From Cyanophora paradoxa CCMP329 (taxonomy: Eukaryota; Plantae; Glaucophyta): 64,000 nucleotides of DNA. Both the position numbers and the translations under genes were made by a program. The notes under the pieces were generated by a model. The model was not told the DNA's origin. It made no database searches and saw nothing but the letters and a program-made list of their open reading frames with translations. The first letter of the stretch is position 1, and each line of letters starts with the position of its first letter. Of this stretch, positions 61,234 through 64,000 are shown piece after piece. The stretch spans positions 1 through 64,000 of the forward strand of contig QPMI01000152.1 in the NCBI GenBank assembly GCA_004431415.1, given 5' to 3'.

Positions 61234-62649
61234 CTACTCCTGGCGGAGGAGCGGGGGCGGGTTGGGCTCCTTCTGGTGCCGCCGGGCGGGGCGGGACTCC
61301 TTGCGCGAGCCCTTGGGGTTGAAGTCGTGGGAGACGGGCTTGACGGCCAGCGGCTCCAGCGCCGGCGCCGGCGGGGGCGCGGGGGGGCCCTCCGCCGGCT
61401 CCCGGGCAGCGATGCCGCGGGGGATCCAGGGGACGGCGAGCGGCGGGGCCTTGGCCTCGATGAGGGCGACGAGGGCCTCGACGCCGGCGTCGGGCGGGCG
61501 GCCGGGCTCCGGCTTGAGGAAGCCCAGCGCGCCGACGGTGCGGACGCCGAGGACGTCGCCGAGGCCCGGGCCGGCGTCCGGCAGCGCGCAGAAGGCGAGG
61601 CCGTGCGCGTGCGCCGCGACGGGGATGTGCTGCACGAGCGCCACCGGCCGGACCTCCTTGCACGCCACGACGAGCCGCACGCGCCGCCTCTCGATCGCCC
61701 GCATCACCTCGTTGACGCCCACGCACATGTGCTCACGCATCCACTTCCGCCTGCGGGGCGAGAGGATCAGGCACGGCTTGCAGAGGCAGAGATTAAAGTC
61801 TACTCTAAATTTTAAAGCCGGACGGGGATGTCGGCGCTCTGGTTGGCGCAGGCACGATTTGCAGAGCATGCCAGTCCCGTAGAGAGAGCAACTTTTATCT
61901 ACCCAACCCCGCACGAAGCGGAAGGTCGCTTTCGCCACAGGGCGGAGCGGCCCCCTGGAAGGGAGAGCGACTACTTGGAGGAGCGCGATAATTGAATGTC
62001 TTCGGCTTAGGTTGGCCGGACCTCGACGTTGCGAACCGAGACCGTCCAGTACAGTCGACTATCCGTTCTGCCCCAACGTATATAGAGACGCACGCGATGA
62101 AGGACGCGACATCCGCTGGTTCACGGGGCGAAATGGTGTCGAACCCCAAAGGCCCATCCGATCCGAAATTCCCGAAAGCTACCCCTAAAAGACCCACGAA
62201 ACTAGGAGCTCACCGTTCGAGGACGGCCGTGTTATCGGGTGCATTGTCCGGCTCGCGATCGGACTCGCTCGCCTGCCGCGAGGCGATCGGCGGGCGGTTT
62301 CGATGGATCATGGAGCGAACGAACCGGTGGAGGAGCAGAAGGATCGGTAGCGGGCGTGCCTTTCCTCCGTCGCTTGCGCTTGGGTGGCTTTTGCAACGTT
62401 ACATCGCCGACGGTCGATCGAAGGGCGTCCAGAATCTCAAGAGAGTCCTTGGAACTCACGGCGGGCCTGCGCGAGGCAGGGAATCGCGATCGGCCGCGAC
62501 TCCGGCAAGATCACGCCTGGCAACATAGACGCACCGCACCACTTGAGCACGAAGGGCGAGTCGAGCTTCTGCTTGACCGCCTGCCGCTTCTGCGGCCTCA
62601 GGGCGGCGGCCCCGGCCTCGGGCTTCTCATTCTCAGCCTTCGGTCCCAT
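61234..62649 (-). CDS. RPP38: RNase P/MRP subunit p38 (RPP38/POP3-like, L7Ae family)
   Basis: N-terminal VKQKLDSPFVLKW|..SLEILDAL..LQK followed by a basic patch, and an L7Ae domain MCVGVNEVMRAIERRRVRLVVACKEVRPVALVQHIP..LGDVLGVRTVGALGF. Confidence 0.75.
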
Positions 62650-62852
62650 TTCTGTGTACGCCCCTGGGGCCGAACTCGGTAGCCCCCTGCAAACTGCAAA
62701 CTGGCCCCTCTGCCAGGCCCCTCCGCGAGCATCGCAGCAGGTGGAGCAGGAGATGGGGTAGCGCCAGCCGCGTCCTGGGAACCGCACCGCCAGGGCTGAA
62801 CGCGGAGCATCCTCGTCCGGCCGCCTAGGCGCCCGGGCGCCTGCAAGCGGTC

Positions 62853-64000
62853 ATGTGGGCGACCCAGCTGCGCGGCCATGTGCTGGGCGGCAGCGGGCCG
62901 GTCCCAGCGCTTGCGGGTATCGAGTCTTGCGTTGTGGTGAGCCAGCGAGCGCCGCTCTGTCTCTAGCTATGAGGTGCCGTGATCGAGCATGCCGAGAAAG
63001 CGCACGAGCTGTGCCATAGCTGCACGCGCACAGAGAGCAGGCCGCTCTCGTTCTGCCCCCGCTGGCCTGAGCCCCGCCACAGGTCGAGATTCGGGACGCT
63101 CGGGGCTCGGTTTGCACGCATCCGGGTCTGCATCGGCTGGTGGATGCGTCCGCGGTCGGCCAAAAGAGCGGTGCGGTGCTCCCGGGCCCGGTCCTCGCCT
63201 GGCGCCTGCCGAGCGGGGCGCGCGGGCGGGGCCGGCAGGCTCGCTGCAGTGGCGGACGGTGGACGCGAAGCGCGGGCCCGGCACGGTGGGAGTCCTCTTC
63301 ACGCCGCTCGTCGCGGAGCCCGTCGAGTGCACGGTGCGCGGAGGCCCGCCCGCCGCCCCCGCGCCCCGCCGACCGCTGCCCCCGCCACTCCCGCCCCGCT
63401 CCGCAGGTTCTCATCAACGGTCGGTTCCCCCCCCGCCCACGCGCCCCGGGCGGGGGGCCGACGGCGGGGCGGGCGCAGGGGAGGAGGCGGCGGGGAGCCC
63501 CGTGCTCTTCCACGTCGCCCCGGCGCGCCCCGCCCCGCGCTGCGCCGCGCGGCAGGCTCACGCGGACGGCCGGGGCAGGCCCGCCGCACGGCTTCGAGTT
63601 CGTGGAGCTGCCGGAGGGCGGGCGGCCCGTCCTGACCGAGGCCTCCCGCCCCGTCGCCCTCCGCCTCACCGTCCGCCCGCCCCGCCCGCCCCCCGCCCAT
63701 CCGTTCTCATCTGTCGGCAGGCGCGGGACGAGCACGGGAACGCGTGCCGGGGCGGCTTCGACGCCTCGGGCCTGCTCGCCGCCCTCCACCGCGAGGGCGA
63801 GGCCCGCCCGCTCCTCGCCGCCGCGGGGGCGCCCGCCCGGCGCGCGGGGCGGCGGGGGAGAGCCTGGAGGTGCGGGAGGGCGGGGACGGCCTCTACGACG
63901 TCGTGGCGACGCTGCTCCGCGCGGGGCGCTACGAGCTCCGCGCCGAGTTCGCGCGCCGCGCCGCCTCCAACGGGCCCGCCCGCTCCACGTCCTCCCCGGT
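62853..64000 (+). CDS. Filamin/Ig-like repeat protein, 3'-truncated by the window
   Basis: MWATQ..PALAGIESCVV|VEIRDARG, VALRLT|ARDEHGNAC, LEVREGGDGLYDVVATLLRAGRYELRAEF: filamin-type repeat pattern, with typical introns. Confidence 0.6.

Noticed and set aside
61234-61760. L7Ae domain as SBP2, ribosomal L7a, NHP2 or SNU13
   Set aside because: The N-terminal LDSPFVLKW..ILDAL..LQK block and overall layout fit RPP38 better.

Overview
Very GC-rich, gene-dense eukaryotic nuclear DNA with many short spliceosomal introns (about 50-100 nt; donors GTGCGC/GTCCGC/GCGCGC/GCCCGC, branch CTGAC/CTCAC, acceptor YGCAG). The long ORFs in the supplied track are mostly GC artefacts, and the real genes have to be assembled across introns. 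The style, plus an N-terminal Phe-type plastid transit peptide, suggests a flagellated alga such as the glaucophyte Cyanophora (inference only). Genes in order: 3' part of a sacsin-like protein ending in HEPN (+); an AT-richer spacer with MITE-like elements and a small gene; a giant pseudokinase-AAA-GAF-PAS-HisKA-HATPase-REC hybrid histidine kinase (-); a divergent p24/GOLD-like protein whose 3' end is tandemly duplicated (-); CutC (-) head-to-head with C2CD3 (+), which carries two identical tRNA-Val(AAC) genes in one intron; aspartate aminotransferase (-); a TmcB/TmcC-like membrane protein (+); an unknown multipass membrane protein (+); an unidentified hairpin-rich element; RPP38/L7Ae (-); and the start of a filamin/Ig-like repeat protein (+). 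The most notable observations are frequent GC-AG introns, intron-nested tRNAs, microexons and a candidate structured ncRNA next to RPP38.
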